Shown here: piece after piece, positions 38,577 to 47,796 of the stretch
Layout: every line of letters starts with the position of its first letter
Position numbering within the stretch: the first letter of the stretch is position 1
Source of the DNA: a virus
Length of the DNA: 64,000 nucleotides
IMG/VR virus record: IMGVR_UViG_3300018875_000003
Location: 32,001 to 96,000 of that record
Direction: 5' to 3' (one strand)
Made by a program: the position numbers and the translations under genes
Notes under the pieces: model-generated
The model's input: only the letters and a program-made list of their open reading frames with translations
What the model was told of the DNA's origin: nothing
Database searches by the model: none

Positions 38577-38643
38577 AGTCGGCTTGGCGACTATAAATAG
38601 GCCTTTGGCCAAGCGCGGGCTCCCGGGTCGTCGGGAGTATGGC
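38577..38643 (+). ncRNA. Pistol-like ribozyme
   Basis: P1 AGUCG/CGACU; loop GCUUGG pairs with CCAAGC (pseudoknot); AUAAAUAG linker; P2 GCC/GGC; GCG; P3 GCUCCCG/CGGGAGU. Confidence 0.78.
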
Positions 38644-38674
38644 AACACATACTATTCCAAACGAGGTGCTTACT

Positions 38675-38887
38675 ATGAATAACAACGAAATTGTACGCTA
38701 TTTTATGAAACCTATTCAGAATAACTTCGCTCTTGTCGTGGCAACCCGCAGCAAGGGCGATATCACGATCGAAGAAGGCGCGAAGCCTTTTGTGAAAGGT
38801 CGTTACACGATGTATGCCAAGAATCGTCAGGCCCTCGAATCGAGAGTCCATGAGGTGCTGTCTCAGCAAGATCCTTTCGCTTCTTGA
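38675..38887 (+). CDS. Hypothetical protein
   Basis: GAGGTG RBS just after the pistol motif. Confidence 0.65.
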   Translation: MNNNEIVRYFMKPIQNNFALVVATRSKGDITIEEGAKPFVKGRYTMYAKNRQALESRVHEVLSQQDPFAS

Positions 38888-39252
38888 TTCGTTTCCCTAT
38901 GCCTGTAACCACCCCATGTATAGGGTTTTAAATGGGTTTTAATCTTTTCCAAAATTGGACAGACTCTGCCCCAAGGCTGCTGTATATGTATCTTACTTCG
39001 TAAGCTCATTCTAAAGAAGGATCAGACGATTCTGTGCGACAGTTTCCTTCTTGTTTCGGAAGCTGCCGTTTTTGCTCCTCCTTTTTATTTTATCATTCTA
39101 CTTCCAAAGAAAGCTGACGATAAATACCAGCGTTACTTCTTTCGATTCCTTCGTTAGCTTTCTCTATATATAAAGATTACCGGAAAACATGGGGTAAATA
39201 CACACAGTCACAGAATGTTCACAATTTGTTCACAATTAGCTTATAATTAACT

Positions 39253-39281
39253 TTGTAATGCGTTACATTCTACATTAGAAT
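39253..39281 (+). promoter_or_regulatory. SigA-type promoter overlapped by operator TGTAATGCGTTACA
   Basis: TTGTAA-17-TAGAAT; operator 39254-39267. Confidence 0.6.
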
Positions 39282-39317
39282 CTAAATACAATCACCATTC
39301 GACAGGAGAAGATCATC

Positions 39318-39701
39318 ATGACTAATATTCCAGTAACACCAGCAGCATCCACAGGCGAAGCGCATACTTACGAAAGAAGATGCGATGTATGCAGCCAGGT
39401 TAAAGAGCTTCACGTCCGAGCATCCAGCTGCGGCCCAATCTCGTTCGCATACTGCGTAGAATGCCTTCAGAAGGGCGCAGAGCCTTACGGGGCACTAGCA
39501 GCCTACCTATCGCAAGTCGTGGACAAGGGAAGCGATCTGGAGCCGGATAAGAACATGATTCATCCCGGATACCAGCAGCTTATCGATGTGACCCTGGAAG
39601 TTGTCGGCAAGACTCGTGAAGAGTTCTATGCAGCTGTCGATAAAGATATCCAAGACTATATCGACTTCATGAATAACCTTGATGAGGAGTCTGTGGAATA
39701 A
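39318..39701 (+). CDS. Zn-finger hypothetical protein
   Basis: CDVC..ASSCGPISFAYCVEC..GAEPY. Confidence 0.7.
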   Translation: MTNIPVTPAASTGEAHTYERRCDVCSQVKELHVRASSCGPISFAYCVECLQKGAEPYGALAAYLSQVVDKGSDLEPDKNMIHPGYQQLIDVTLEVVGKTREEFYAAVDKDIQDYIDFMNNLDEESVE

Positions 39702-40222
39702 TGTATCTGGTGCAATATAAAGACCAGACCAGCTATGGCGAACTCAAAGTTTCTATCTGCAAAGATCAGTACGAAGTAGAACAGATGTGGAATCTTGATG
39801 ATTCCGCCCTGGACATGATCGACGTCAGAGAAGTGGATGAATACTTCCGCGTTGTTGTTGCCGGCTCTCGTCATTTCAAAGACTACGATCGCCTTTCCCG
39901 TGAACTCGATTACCTACTGCAGTTCAAAAAGAACGCGATCATCGTATCCGGAAACGCAGAAGGAGCAGACAAGCTTGGTGAGCAATATGCCAGGGATCGA
40001 GATCTGCTGATCGATACGTATATTCCAGATTGGCGCCCTCAAGGTCCAAAAGGCCCGTATGATAATGCTGCTGGTCATAAACGCAATCGTGAGATGGCAG
40101 ACAATGCCGATGCTGCCGTAATCTTCTGGGATGGTGTTAGCCGTGGATCGGAAGGCATGATCAATTATTGCAAGCGTATTGGCCTTGATCACAGAGTTAT
40201 TAAATATAATCTTGCAATGTAA
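39701..40222 (+). CDS. SLOG-family (DUF2493/YspA-like) protein
   Basis: VVAGSRHF, VSGNAEGAD, AG..RN.EM, FWDG.SRG. Confidence 0.8.
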   Translation: MYLVQYKDQTSYGELKVSICKDQYEVEQMWNLDDSALDMIDVREVDEYFRVVVAGSRHFKDYDRLSRELDYLLQFKKNAIIVSGNAEGADKLGEQYARDRDLLIDTYIPDWRPQGPKGPYDNAAGHKRNREMADNADAAVIFWDGVSRGSEGMINYCKRIGLDHRVIKYNLAM

Positions 40223-40254
40223 CGTATAACATTGTCGAATAAAGGGGATTTAAC

Positions 40255-40478
40255 ATGAAACGCGAGGAATTATTAAGTCATGTGGCGCAGGCCAATGGTC
40301 ACATCTGGTTTAACAATGGCAAGACACGTAGCCGTTGTGTCACTGGGTTGGTTACATGATCTGCTATTACACCGCCAGTAAGCCTAATTATACCCAGTGC
40401 ATACCTGTCGATGTTTTCGCCAAGTGGGCGCAGGGTGTCGGTAAAGTTGGAGAGAAGGAGGCTACTTCGAATGGATGA
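40255..40478 (+). pseudogene. Possible frameshifted small gene
   Basis: MKREELL..VTGLVT* ends near 40359; the -1 frame continues YMICYY..FAKWAQG..* overlapping the next start. Confidence 0.4.
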
Positions 40479-40953
40479 GCAGTTAAAGAACTGGGCTAAA
40501 CATCGCCCTCCGGGCTTCCCTAATCTTGATGCGGTAACAGTGAAGCAATATCGCGCGGGGCTGGGCTTACTTGCATTGGAGGTATGCGAAGGCTTTCTGG
40601 ATATTCCGCCGCTTCCTGATAGCATAGAAGAGGCGTGCCAGACTGACGGGCTTTATTATGACATTCCATTCTTCCGCAGCGATCCGATTTGGTCTATATC
40701 TGGCGAACGCACTCTGCTGGTTGTCCATAAGGTCGAAGACAGGTCGATAACTGGCGTGTATCGATTCGACTTCAAAGCGACACAGATCGATGGGAATCGC
40801 GTCGATTACTGGATAAAAGCGTATGACCAGCGCGGAGAAAGATCGACATCGCGCGAACTTGTTTTATACGAGAATAAAGAGTGTTGGACGATGATTCCCG
40901 ATCATTCGACAATGAAGCTGTCCGATTACCTGAGAGAGGAGGTGAGAGCGTGA
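40471..40953 (+). CDS. Hypothetical protein
   Basis: AAGGAGG RBS before MDEQLK. Confidence 0.65.
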   Translation: MDEQLKNWAKHRPPGFPNLDAVTVKQYRAGLGLLALEVCEGFLDIPPLPDSIEEACQTDGLYYDIPFFRSDPIWSISGERTLLVVHKVEDRSITGVYRFDFKATQIDGNRVDYWIKAYDQRGERSTSRELVLYENKECWTMIPDHSTMKLSDYLREEVRA

Positions 40954-41129
40954 ACGAACACTTTATCTACTTGGATACGGTCGAAAGCATCCGAAGCTAT
41001 TTTAGGTCTGAAGAAGAATCGAAGCGTGAACGTCAGATGGAGGCCCGCGATCCACGTACCAATAGAGCAAACTTCCGCAACGGTGTCCGCAGTATGCTTG
41101 AGAATCGCAAGTCTCGACGGTATTGTTAA
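40950..41129 (+). CDS. Small basic protein
   Basis: GGAGGTGA RBS; GTG start overlapping upstream stop. Confidence 0.55.
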   Translation: MNEHFIYLDTVESIRSYFRSEEESKRERQMEARDPRTNRANFRNGVRSMLENRKSRRYC

Positions 41130-41140
41130 TGTCCCGCTTA

Positions 41141-41170
41141 GCAGTCTAACGACTGCACAGGCTTCTTGAT
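41141..41170 (+). promoter_or_regulatory. Hairpin-GGCT element copy 4
   Basis: gcagtcTAACgactgc-aca-GGCT-tctTGAt, about 20 nt before an RBS. Confidence 0.55.
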
Positions 41171-41204
41171 AAAAATAAAACATACACTTGGAGGAATACA
41201 CACT

Positions 41205-41534
41205 ATGAACGCGAATATCACTATTAAAGGTCTGTCTATCCACAACATAAAGCCGGTTGAAGGTTCCGATCGTGAAGAGCAAACACATATCAAGCTGGAT
41301 GAGATCACATTCAGTCTGACTCCGGATTCTCCGAAGCCACAGATTCACCCGATGGTGGATTCGCTCATGGATGATCTGATGGATCATCTCCCTGGATTCC
41401 TCGGTAAGAAACACGGCATGGGCGATCTGCCAAGCCACATCATTGTTGGCGGTCCGTTCGGTCCGAATGACATTCCAGACGAAATCAAGGACGCGATGTC
41501 AGAAGAACTCAAGAAAATGCTCGGCATCCACTAA
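41205..41534 (+). CDS. Hypothetical protein
   Basis: GGAGG RBS. Confidence 0.65.
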   Translation: MNANITIKGLSIHNIKPVEGSDREEQTHIKLDEITFSLTPDSPKPQIHPMVDSLMDDLMDHLPGFLGKKHGMGDLPSHIIVGGPFGPNDIPDEIKDAMSEELKKMLGIH

Positions 41535-41669
41535 TTCATATATCATATGAAATATTAAATACGAAATACGATCTTGGTCTATATCATACGATATAGGCCT
41601 TTTTCGTATGTAATTCTTCATATCATATGATATATGAAATATGTTATACGATATAGATCATATATCATA
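41534..41669. repeat. Heptad repeat array (two blocks)
   Basis: attcata tatcata tgaaata ttaaata cgaaata ... tatcata tgatata tgaaata tgttata cgatata gatcata tatcata. Confidence 0.75.
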
Positions 41670-41758
41670 CGATTTGTTGATAGATGTGGGTTGATCGAAC
41701 CTTCGGTCATCCACCTGTTTCAGCAAATACATTCACTTAATATAAGGAGGCATTGGCA

Positions 41759-42274
41759 ATGAGTAATGCTAATGGGAAAAGAGAGTTCGATAAGATGCGT
41801 ATTGAGATGTGGGTGTCTGGCACAGCCAATGCAGACCGAGATGGCGGATACTGCGTTAAGCTGCATTCCGTCCTGGGTGGCCAACACTACACCAAGTTGA
41901 TGGCCGGATATGGCAAGGACACTACCGTTACCCGAATGACACTGAAGGCGGTTCTGGAAGGTCTTCGCGAGATCAAGAAGAAGGCATTTGTTCATATTTA
42001 TACGGGCATCCCGCAGGTTAGCGCTGGTCTCAACAGAGACATCCATAAATGGGCGCAAAACGATTTTAAGAAAGCCAACGGCCAGCAGCTGCAGCATGAA
42101 GATCTGTATCGCCAAATATATGCTCTGCTTCAAGAGAAAGCGATCAGCTGGAAAGTTCACTACATGTCAGATAGTCCTTCGCCGGACAGTAACATCGAAG
42201 TCATCCATACGTCCAGCGAATATGCAATGAAGGCACAGCAAAATATTTACGAAACTGCTATGGCAGTATCTTGA
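41759..42274 (+). CDS. RNase HI-fold protein, catalytic carboxylates apparently absent
   Basis: TTVTRMTLKAVLEGL, IHKWAQNDFKKANG, DLYRQI; expected D/E residues replaced. Confidence 0.7.
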   Translation: MSNANGKREFDKMRIEMWVSGTANADRDGGYCVKLHSVLGGQHYTKLMAGYGKDTTVTRMTLKAVLEGLREIKKKAFVHIYTGIPQVSAGLNRDIHKWAQNDFKKANGQQLQHEDLYRQIYALLQEKAISWKVHYMSDSPSPDSNIEVIHTSSEYAMKAQQNIYETAMAVS

Positions 42275-42292
42275 GGGAGGCAGATCATAATC

Positions 42293-42523
42293 ATGGTTTT
42301 ACCTTACATGGCAAACAGGCCCGGATGGGTTCGCGAGGGGGCGGTCATTGAATTTATGTACCAAGGTCGCATCTATCAAGCAACGATCGAATCTCACTCG
42401 TATAGTTTTTGCATTTTTAAATCGATAATCGATGTGGAGAAGAATAGACCAGCTTTTACTATTCCAAGTGCAATACCCTATCCTGCGGTACAAAATCCAA
42501 TTGTGAAGGAGTTGCCAGAATGA
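42293..42523 (+). CDS. Hypothetical protein
   Basis: GGGAGG RBS. Confidence 0.55.
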   Translation: MVLPYMANRPGWVREGAVIEFMYQGRIYQATIESHSYSFCIFKSIIDVEKNRPAFTIPSAIPYPAVQNPIVKELPE

Positions 42524-42774
42524 AACGTTTTATGGATGTTGTCGGTCCTGCTATGGACTTCATTGCAGATCGGATGTGGCTCTGCTTGTTGACCGCGGCT
42601 ACCCTGGCTGTCGCCGCTTGTCTTCTGCAGATGTTTGGATTGATCCTTATACTTATCGTCGCCATGATGTTTGGTCTTTATGTTCGATGGAGTCTTCAAC
42701 GTGATTACTTAATAAGCGCAGCAATGCAGAAGGGTGAAGTGCAATGGGAAAACAAATCAAAACGACGTGCTTAA
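42520..42774 (+). CDS. Small membrane protein
   Basis: Long hydrophobic stretch; AAGGAG RBS. Confidence 0.6.
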   Translation: MKRFMDVVGPAMDFIADRMWLCLLTAATLAVAACLLQMFGLILILIVAMMFGLYVRWSLQRDYLISAAMQKGEVQWENKSKRRA

Positions 42775-43205
42775 AATGTAAATCGGAGGTTACGCTCGAT
42801 TTCGGGGATGCAAACTACTCTGAAGCGCTGAAGCTTGCTGATCAGATCGATAAGCGCCCGATGGAATGCCCTGGCTTCCATGTTGAGGTTGGCGGCTGGA
42901 AAAAGTACTGGCAGATCGTCAACGCGATTGATTCTGCCTACAGCGAAGAAGATAAAGATGCTTGTCGGGATATTGTAAGGCGTATCATTGTCAAACTACC
43001 CGATAGTTCTACTCCTGAAAAAGAACATGAGTTCAAAACGGAACAGGAGACGCATCAATTCGTAACTGGTCTTATCGATGGCGGAATGAGCGATCTTACT
43101 TCTCTGATTGTAACGCATTTCAATGCACTGAAAGAATATATTGGCGAGTACAAAGGCTCTGCCAAGAAAATACTGACTTATCTGGACGACAGCTATCTGT
43201 ATTAG
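42744..43205 (+). CDS. Hypothetical protein with possible Zn site
   Basis: CLKC..ECPGFHVE. Confidence 0.65.
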   Translation: MGKQIKTTCLKCKSEVTLDFGDANYSEALKLADQIDKRPMECPGFHVEVGGWKKYWQIVNAIDSAYSEEDKDACRDIVRRIIVKLPDSSTPEKEHEFKTEQETHQFVTGLIDGGMSDLTSLIVTHFNALKEYIGEYKGSAKKILTYLDDSYLY

Positions 43206-43232
43206 TCGCTGACGCTCCCCGGGCTATATGAA
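43204..43232 (+). promoter_or_regulatory. Hairpin-GGCT element copy 5
   Basis: agtcgcTGACgctcc-ccg-GGCT-ataTGAa, about 10 nt before GGAGG. Confidence 0.55.
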
Positions 43233-43250
43233 TAAACATTGCGGAGGTAA

Positions 43251-43514
43251 TTGATTATGTTAATGACAGTAGTAAACGGAATTGTAACGTGTGGCACACT
43301 GGAAGGAATCCATGGCTTGCTTACACCGCTGGCTCCTATGCAGCGTCATGAAGTACTGCGTGCAGCTGCCGAAGTTCAGATTGCGGAGAAAAACACGCAT
43401 CATGCGCTCTGGATTATGTCCAAGCTGGCATTGATCGATGATCTGGCGCTGCAAGAAGAACGCAAAGCGCACGGCATTATCCAGCTTGATCGATTGGAGA
43501 GAGTTGGCGTATGA
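43251..43514 (+). CDS. Hypothetical protein
   Basis: GGAGG RBS. Confidence 0.6.
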   Translation: MIMLMTVVNGIVTCGTLEGIHGLLTPLAPMQRHEVLRAAAEVQIAEKNTHHALWIMSKLALIDDLALQEERKAHGIIQLDRLERVGV

Positions 43515-43651
43515 TTTGGTATTTCGTATTCGCGATCGCCGTTGTCTCTGGCCAGTTCTGGCTGCTGCCGGCGATCGTTGCTTTTGCTATGATCCAGCAC
43601 TTTTGGAAGAAAGAAGTTAAGCTCCCTAAACGTAAGCCGCATAGACGGTAA
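43511..43651 (+). CDS. 46-aa membrane peptide (not in ORF track)
   Basis: ATGA overlap; MIWYFVFAIAVVSGQFWLLPAIVAFAMI + basic tail. Confidence 0.5.
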   Translation: MIWYFVFAIAVVSGQFWLLPAIVAFAMIQHFWKKEVKLPKRKPHRR

Positions 43652-43681
43652 AATAAAAACTAATCATTGGAGGAATTTACG

Positions 43682-44725
43682 ATGTTGGAAAACATTAAAA
43701 ATCAGATTCAAGGTGCAATTGCAGTAGAAGTTGGGCAAACAAACGCGAACGGAAGTTTCCCGGTTATCGTGCAAGACAACTTGGAGGGCTCTATTACTCG
43801 CGGCTGGTCGCTGACATACAATCCGAAGCTAATTACAACCAATGGCCCAGAACGACTGTATGATGGCAGAGAAGCGTTCTCTACACTTCGTATTGCCAAC
43901 TTCAGCGCCTTATATGACGTCCTGATGGGTGTAGATCAGCGCTTCCTGAAAGGTGAACTCGTTGAGCTGGGCAATAACAATACAAAACGTGCAACCTATG
44001 AAATGAACGGCGCTCGCTTTACAGCCGTCGAGTATGAATCCAGCGTTTCCATCTCGCTCACGATTACACAGGAGAAATCCCCGTTCCGCATGCTGAATAT
44101 CAATTTCCGTATCGTAAACAGCGACAAGAACCCAGGCAGCCGTCACCTGATCGGCTCGGAAAACTACTGGGATCGCAACACGAATATATTCACAGAGCAG
44201 AATGCTTCCCTGACACCGAAGAAGAGACGCATGCTTCAGGTGTACCAGGATCGTTCTAACAGCCAAGTAACGCCTTACATTAAGACATTAACCCAACCCG
44301 GCAATACGCCGAATACGTCTTTCGTACACCCAGATCAATCGCCATTCGAATATGTTCAGGACGTGCGCAGCAAGTATAAAGCGCTGGCTTATATCCAGGA
44401 GCAGACGATCATTGAGATTGCAATGGAGCGCGCTTTGGCAATGCTGAAGCAGCATTCTTCTGCACAGCCGCAGGAGTACGGTTTCCAGCCACAACAATCG
44501 TTTGATCTCCATGCTCCATTTGGCCAGCAGCCAACATTCGCTCCACAGCAGCCTGTATTCGGCACTCAGCAGGGCTTTGCTGGTCAGCAGCCGTTTGGTC
44601 AGCCGCAGCAGCAAAGCGCGCCACAACAGCAGCAGGGTCAGCCACAAGCCTATGCGCAGCAGCAATCCTTCCAAGGTCAACCGCAGTGGACGGCATACGG
44701 AGAGAATGGCAAGCCACTTTTTTAA
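43682..44725 (+). CDS. Hypothetical protein with Q/P/F-rich low-complexity tail
   Basis: GGAGG RBS; C-terminal ~85 aa Q-rich, ending KPLF. Confidence 0.75.
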   Translation: MLENIKNQIQGAIAVEVGQTNANGSFPVIVQDNLEGSITRGWSLTYNPKLITTNGPERLYDGREAFSTLRIANFSALYDVLMGVDQRFLKGELVELGNNNTKRATYEMNGARFTAVEYESSVSISLTITQEKSPFRMLNINFRIVNSDKNPGSRHLIGSENYWDRNTNIFTEQNASLTPKKRRMLQVYQDRSNSQVTPYIKTLTQPGNTPNTSFVHPDQSPFEYVQDVRSKYKALAYIQEQTIIEIAMERALAMLKQHSSAQPQEYGFQPQQSFDLHAPFGQQPTFAPQQPVFGTQQGFAGQQPFGQPQQQSAPQQQQGQPQAYAQQQSFQGQPQWTAYGENGKPLF

Positions 44726-44850
44726 ATAGACACTGCTACAGCACCTGACGCTTTCATAGATCAGGTGTTGAATGAATTGCCTATTTAACACAAATAAGTA
44801 TTGAACAATGAGTTAACGTGTTATAATGTATGGAGAAAGGAGGAGTCATC

Positions 44851-46725
44851 TTGATTCAAGTTCGCAGTCAATATGAAAATGTATACATCAAAGTCCTTGA
44901 TAACCCCGATACGATCGACTACACACTTTCCAAGGTTAGAAGTCTGCCCGGGCGCGCATTTAATATGCAGACTGGCGAATGGATGATCTCCCGTGATCAA
45001 GTCGGACCGCTTTTATTCAATTTCAGTAACCAAATTATTTGGATGACGCCGCTCAAAGAAATTGTTGCAGGTCTTGAGATACACGATGAGGTCGTTCAAA
45101 AGCATCTGCAATGGGAAGCGGAATCCGAATTTAAAAACTTTAAACTGTCGCTCTATCCTTATCAGAAGGTGGGAGCAAATTTCCTGATCGATCGCGGATG
45201 CGGAGCTATATTCGATGGATGTGGTCTCGGCAAGACACCGCAGCTGATTGGCGCCTGCGAAAAGATATTCGAGCGTGTTCGCGGTGGACGTGCGCTGATC
45301 GTCACCTTGAACTCACTGAAACGTCAGTGGGCAAGAGAGATTGAGAAGTTTACCGGTAAGCCAGCAATTCCTGTAACCGGCACCGCTTCTCAAAGAGCGA
45401 AACTAATCAAAGGATTCGCCAGTCATAAGAAGACACAGTACCTGGTGATCAACTATGAGATGTTGCGCGATGATAAACTTCGTAAGATGATTACGGATAT
45501 TCCATTCAGCGCTGTTGGACTCGACGAGGCTCAGAAGATTAAGAATGGTGTTACAGACACTCATCTAAAAATGTTCCCGAGCCAGATTGCCGCAGCAACC
45601 CATGAGCTGAAGTATATCCCGCATCGCTTTATTGCAACGGCTACGCCAATGCAGGGCAAGGCAGAGGAAGTGTGGAGCCTATTTTACTTTATCGATGAAA
45701 ACATCCTCGGTAATTGGTATGTCTTTCGTGATAAGTATTGCGAATACGGAACCAAGTTTGGCATCACCGGCTACAAAGACCTGGGCGAGCTTTACTACCG
45801 AATCGCTCCGTATTTTATACGACGGACAAAAGAGAACCCAGAGGTTCAGCAGCAGCTGCCTACGGTGACGAGTGATCCGATTTTCCTTGACATGACCGAT
45901 AAGCAGCGCCAGCTCCATGACTATCTTCTGGATAAGTACATGGAGGTGAAGGAGACTGCGAAGAAGGTTACATCCAGCCCGAACCAGTATCAATTTATCG
46001 CTGGGAGGAGCATGTCCAAAGACGAAGCCAAGGAGTATTATGATTCCCTTGCGCAAGGCTATCAGATATTCATGCTCAGTGTTTGTGATTCTCCTGAGCT
46101 GCTGGTCATGTCCGATTCATCCATGGCACAGAATGTCCTTAAAGATATTCCGCTGTCAGAGAAAGACCTCAAGTCACCGAAGGTTGACCACATCGTTCAG
46201 TTCTACGAGCAGATGACGTTTGACGAACCCAATTCTAAAGTCGTTATCTTCACGCAGTTCTCGCGGATGGCAATGCTCATCCAGAAGAAGCTGAAAAACT
46301 CGGTCATCTACCACGGCGGACTCAGTGATAATGCCAAAGAGTTTGCGAAGGATCAATTCGTAAGCAATCCCAATATTAAAGCGATCGTCTGCACAGATGC
46401 CGGAAGCACCGGTCTGAATCTGCAGGTGGCCAACTACATGATCCATGCCGACTTGCCTTGGGATCCAACCCTGGTTGAACAGCGAAATGGCCGGATCGAT
46501 CGCACCGGTAATAAGTTTAGCAACGTAAACATCTATTACACCATCATGAATGGTGGGTATGATGAACATCTGCTGGACATCCTGGAGCGAAAATCTACCA
46601 TGTCCAATATGGTTATTGATGGCGGCAGGGCAACGGCTTCATCGTCCAATATCAGCAAACTGGCCATGGATAAGATGGTCAAGGATCGTAAGAAGCAAAT
46701 GAAGCCTGCAGCCGTCCTAAATTAA
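44851..46725 (+). CDS. SNF2-family helicase
   Basis: LYPYQ, GLGKT, DEAQKIKN, TATP, GLNLQ.A, QRNGRIDR.G. Confidence 0.92.
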   Translation: MIQVRSQYENVYIKVLDNPDTIDYTLSKVRSLPGRAFNMQTGEWMISRDQVGPLLFNFSNQIIWMTPLKEIVAGLEIHDEVVQKHLQWEAESEFKNFKLSLYPYQKVGANFLIDRGCGAIFDGCGLGKTPQLIGACEKIFERVRGGRALIVTLNSLKRQWAREIEKFTGKPAIPVTGTASQRAKLIKGFASHKKTQYLVINYEMLRDDKLRKMITDIPFSAVGLDEAQKIKNGVTDTHLKMFPSQIAAATHELKYIPHRFIATATPMQGKAEEVWSLFYFIDENILGNWYVFRDKYCEYGTKFGITGYKDLGELYYRIAPYFIRRTKENPEVQQQLPTVTSDPIFLDMTDKQRQLHDYLLDKYMEVKETAKKVTSSPNQYQFIAGRSMSKDEAKEYYDSLAQGYQIFMLSVCDSPELLVMSDSSMAQNVLKDIPLSEKDLKSPKVDHIVQFYEQMTFDEPNSKVVIFTQFSRMAMLIQKKLKNSVIYHGGLSDNAKEFAKDQFVSNPNIKAIVCTDAGSTGLNLQVANYMIHADLPWDPTLVEQRNGRIDRTGNKFSNVNIYYTIMNGGYDEHLLDILERKSTMSNMVIDGGRATASSSNISKLAMDKMVKDRKKQMKPAAVLN

Positions 46726-46736
46726 AGGAGGCTACC

Positions 46737-47591
46737 ATGAGTAACATGCCGGTTATTATCAGGCAGACCGAAAGCTGGCGAGGGGCGGTTAAAGAAGAAG
46801 TTTGCTATGCTCATGAGCTGGTGGATTTCAAAGCCGTACATCGATCAGATTACTGGGGAGAAGAATACTTCTTTACCGGTGATTACAACATCGAGATCAA
46901 GCCCGGAGCTTTCGGAAACCTGCACACCTATGCCGGCCGGCTGGAGCACAAGCGGGTTCATCGTTACGACAAGCGCCAGAAGAAACGTGTCTGGCGCTCT
47001 CTTTTTGACTTATACCTGCAGTTTTACCAGTACGGCCATAAAAAGAACATATGTGAAGTTAAAGGCGTAACCAAGCAGCAAGCTGCCAAAATATGCGTGC
47101 GCCGAGTCCTACAGTTTGAAAAGACCAACTACTTCCGTGAAGAGGTCTGGCCAAAGGTGCTTCATAAAAATAAGGTAACACATATCTTCAAGGATTTTGG
47201 CGAGGACGGTCTTCTATGGGTCGCATCCACTTATTGTGGCGCAAACCCAATCACCGATCGCATAAGTAATTCCTGGGGTATCGGAACCCCGATGCTTGGC
47301 ACAGGGAGGTTCTACGACTACCGACTTAACTTTCATATCCCATTCCATTTCTTCATGGATACGAAAGACCCTGATAAAGAGATCGACGATGAAAAACATG
47401 GCGTATATGAGAATCCGCATGTGCATTTTACCCATATACACGGGGATGGATATTCAGGCGGAGGCAAGGTCGATCCGGCGATCATCGAGGAAATCGAAGC
47501 GCAACTTAACGTGAATAATTTGGTCTACCAATACCACCTGCGCGATCGGGCGCAGGCCATCTTAGATAAACATTACACTCGGAGGTACTGA
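46737..47591 (+). CDS. Hypothetical protein
   Basis: 284 aa; GGAGG RBS. Confidence 0.7.
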   Translation: MSNMPVIIRQTESWRGAVKEEVCYAHELVDFKAVHRSDYWGEEYFFTGDYNIEIKPGAFGNLHTYAGRLEHKRVHRYDKRQKKRVWRSLFDLYLQFYQYGHKKNICEVKGVTKQQAAKICVRRVLQFEKTNYFREEVWPKVLHKNKVTHIFKDFGEDGLLWVASTYCGANPITDRISNSWGIGTPMLGTGRFYDYRLNFHIPFHFFMDTKDPDKEIDDEKHGVYENPHVHFTHIHGDGYSGGGKVDPAIIEEIEAQLNVNNLVYQYHLRDRAQAILDKHYTRRY

Positions 47592-47592
47592 T

Positions 47593-47781
47593 ATGGTCCC
47601 GATTATACAAACACCTAAGAATGTACTTCAGCAATACAAGCTGACACCTGCTTCGATTAATAAAAAAGCAGCACTCTTAGGATGCACCATTAACCACCTG
47701 TACTATTCACCTGATAACAGCGATCGACCATTCTATCGCAAAATCGATGGTGACATGGTTCCGGTCGATATGAATATGTAA
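47593..47781 (+). CDS. Hypothetical protein
   Basis: GGAGG RBS. Confidence 0.55.
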   Translation: MVPIIQTPKNVLQQYKLTPASINKKAALLGCTINHLYYSPDNSDRPFYRKIDGDMVPVDMNM

Positions 47782-47796
47782 CGAGGTGAACGTCAC

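Noticed and set aside
39109-39162. CTGACGA as a further hammerhead core
   Set aside because: No stem II-GAAA follows; it is one arm of a simple hairpin
29116-41669. Repeat arrays or hairpin elements as a CRISPR array
   Set aside because: No constant 25-45-bp repeat with regular unique spacers; no cas genes
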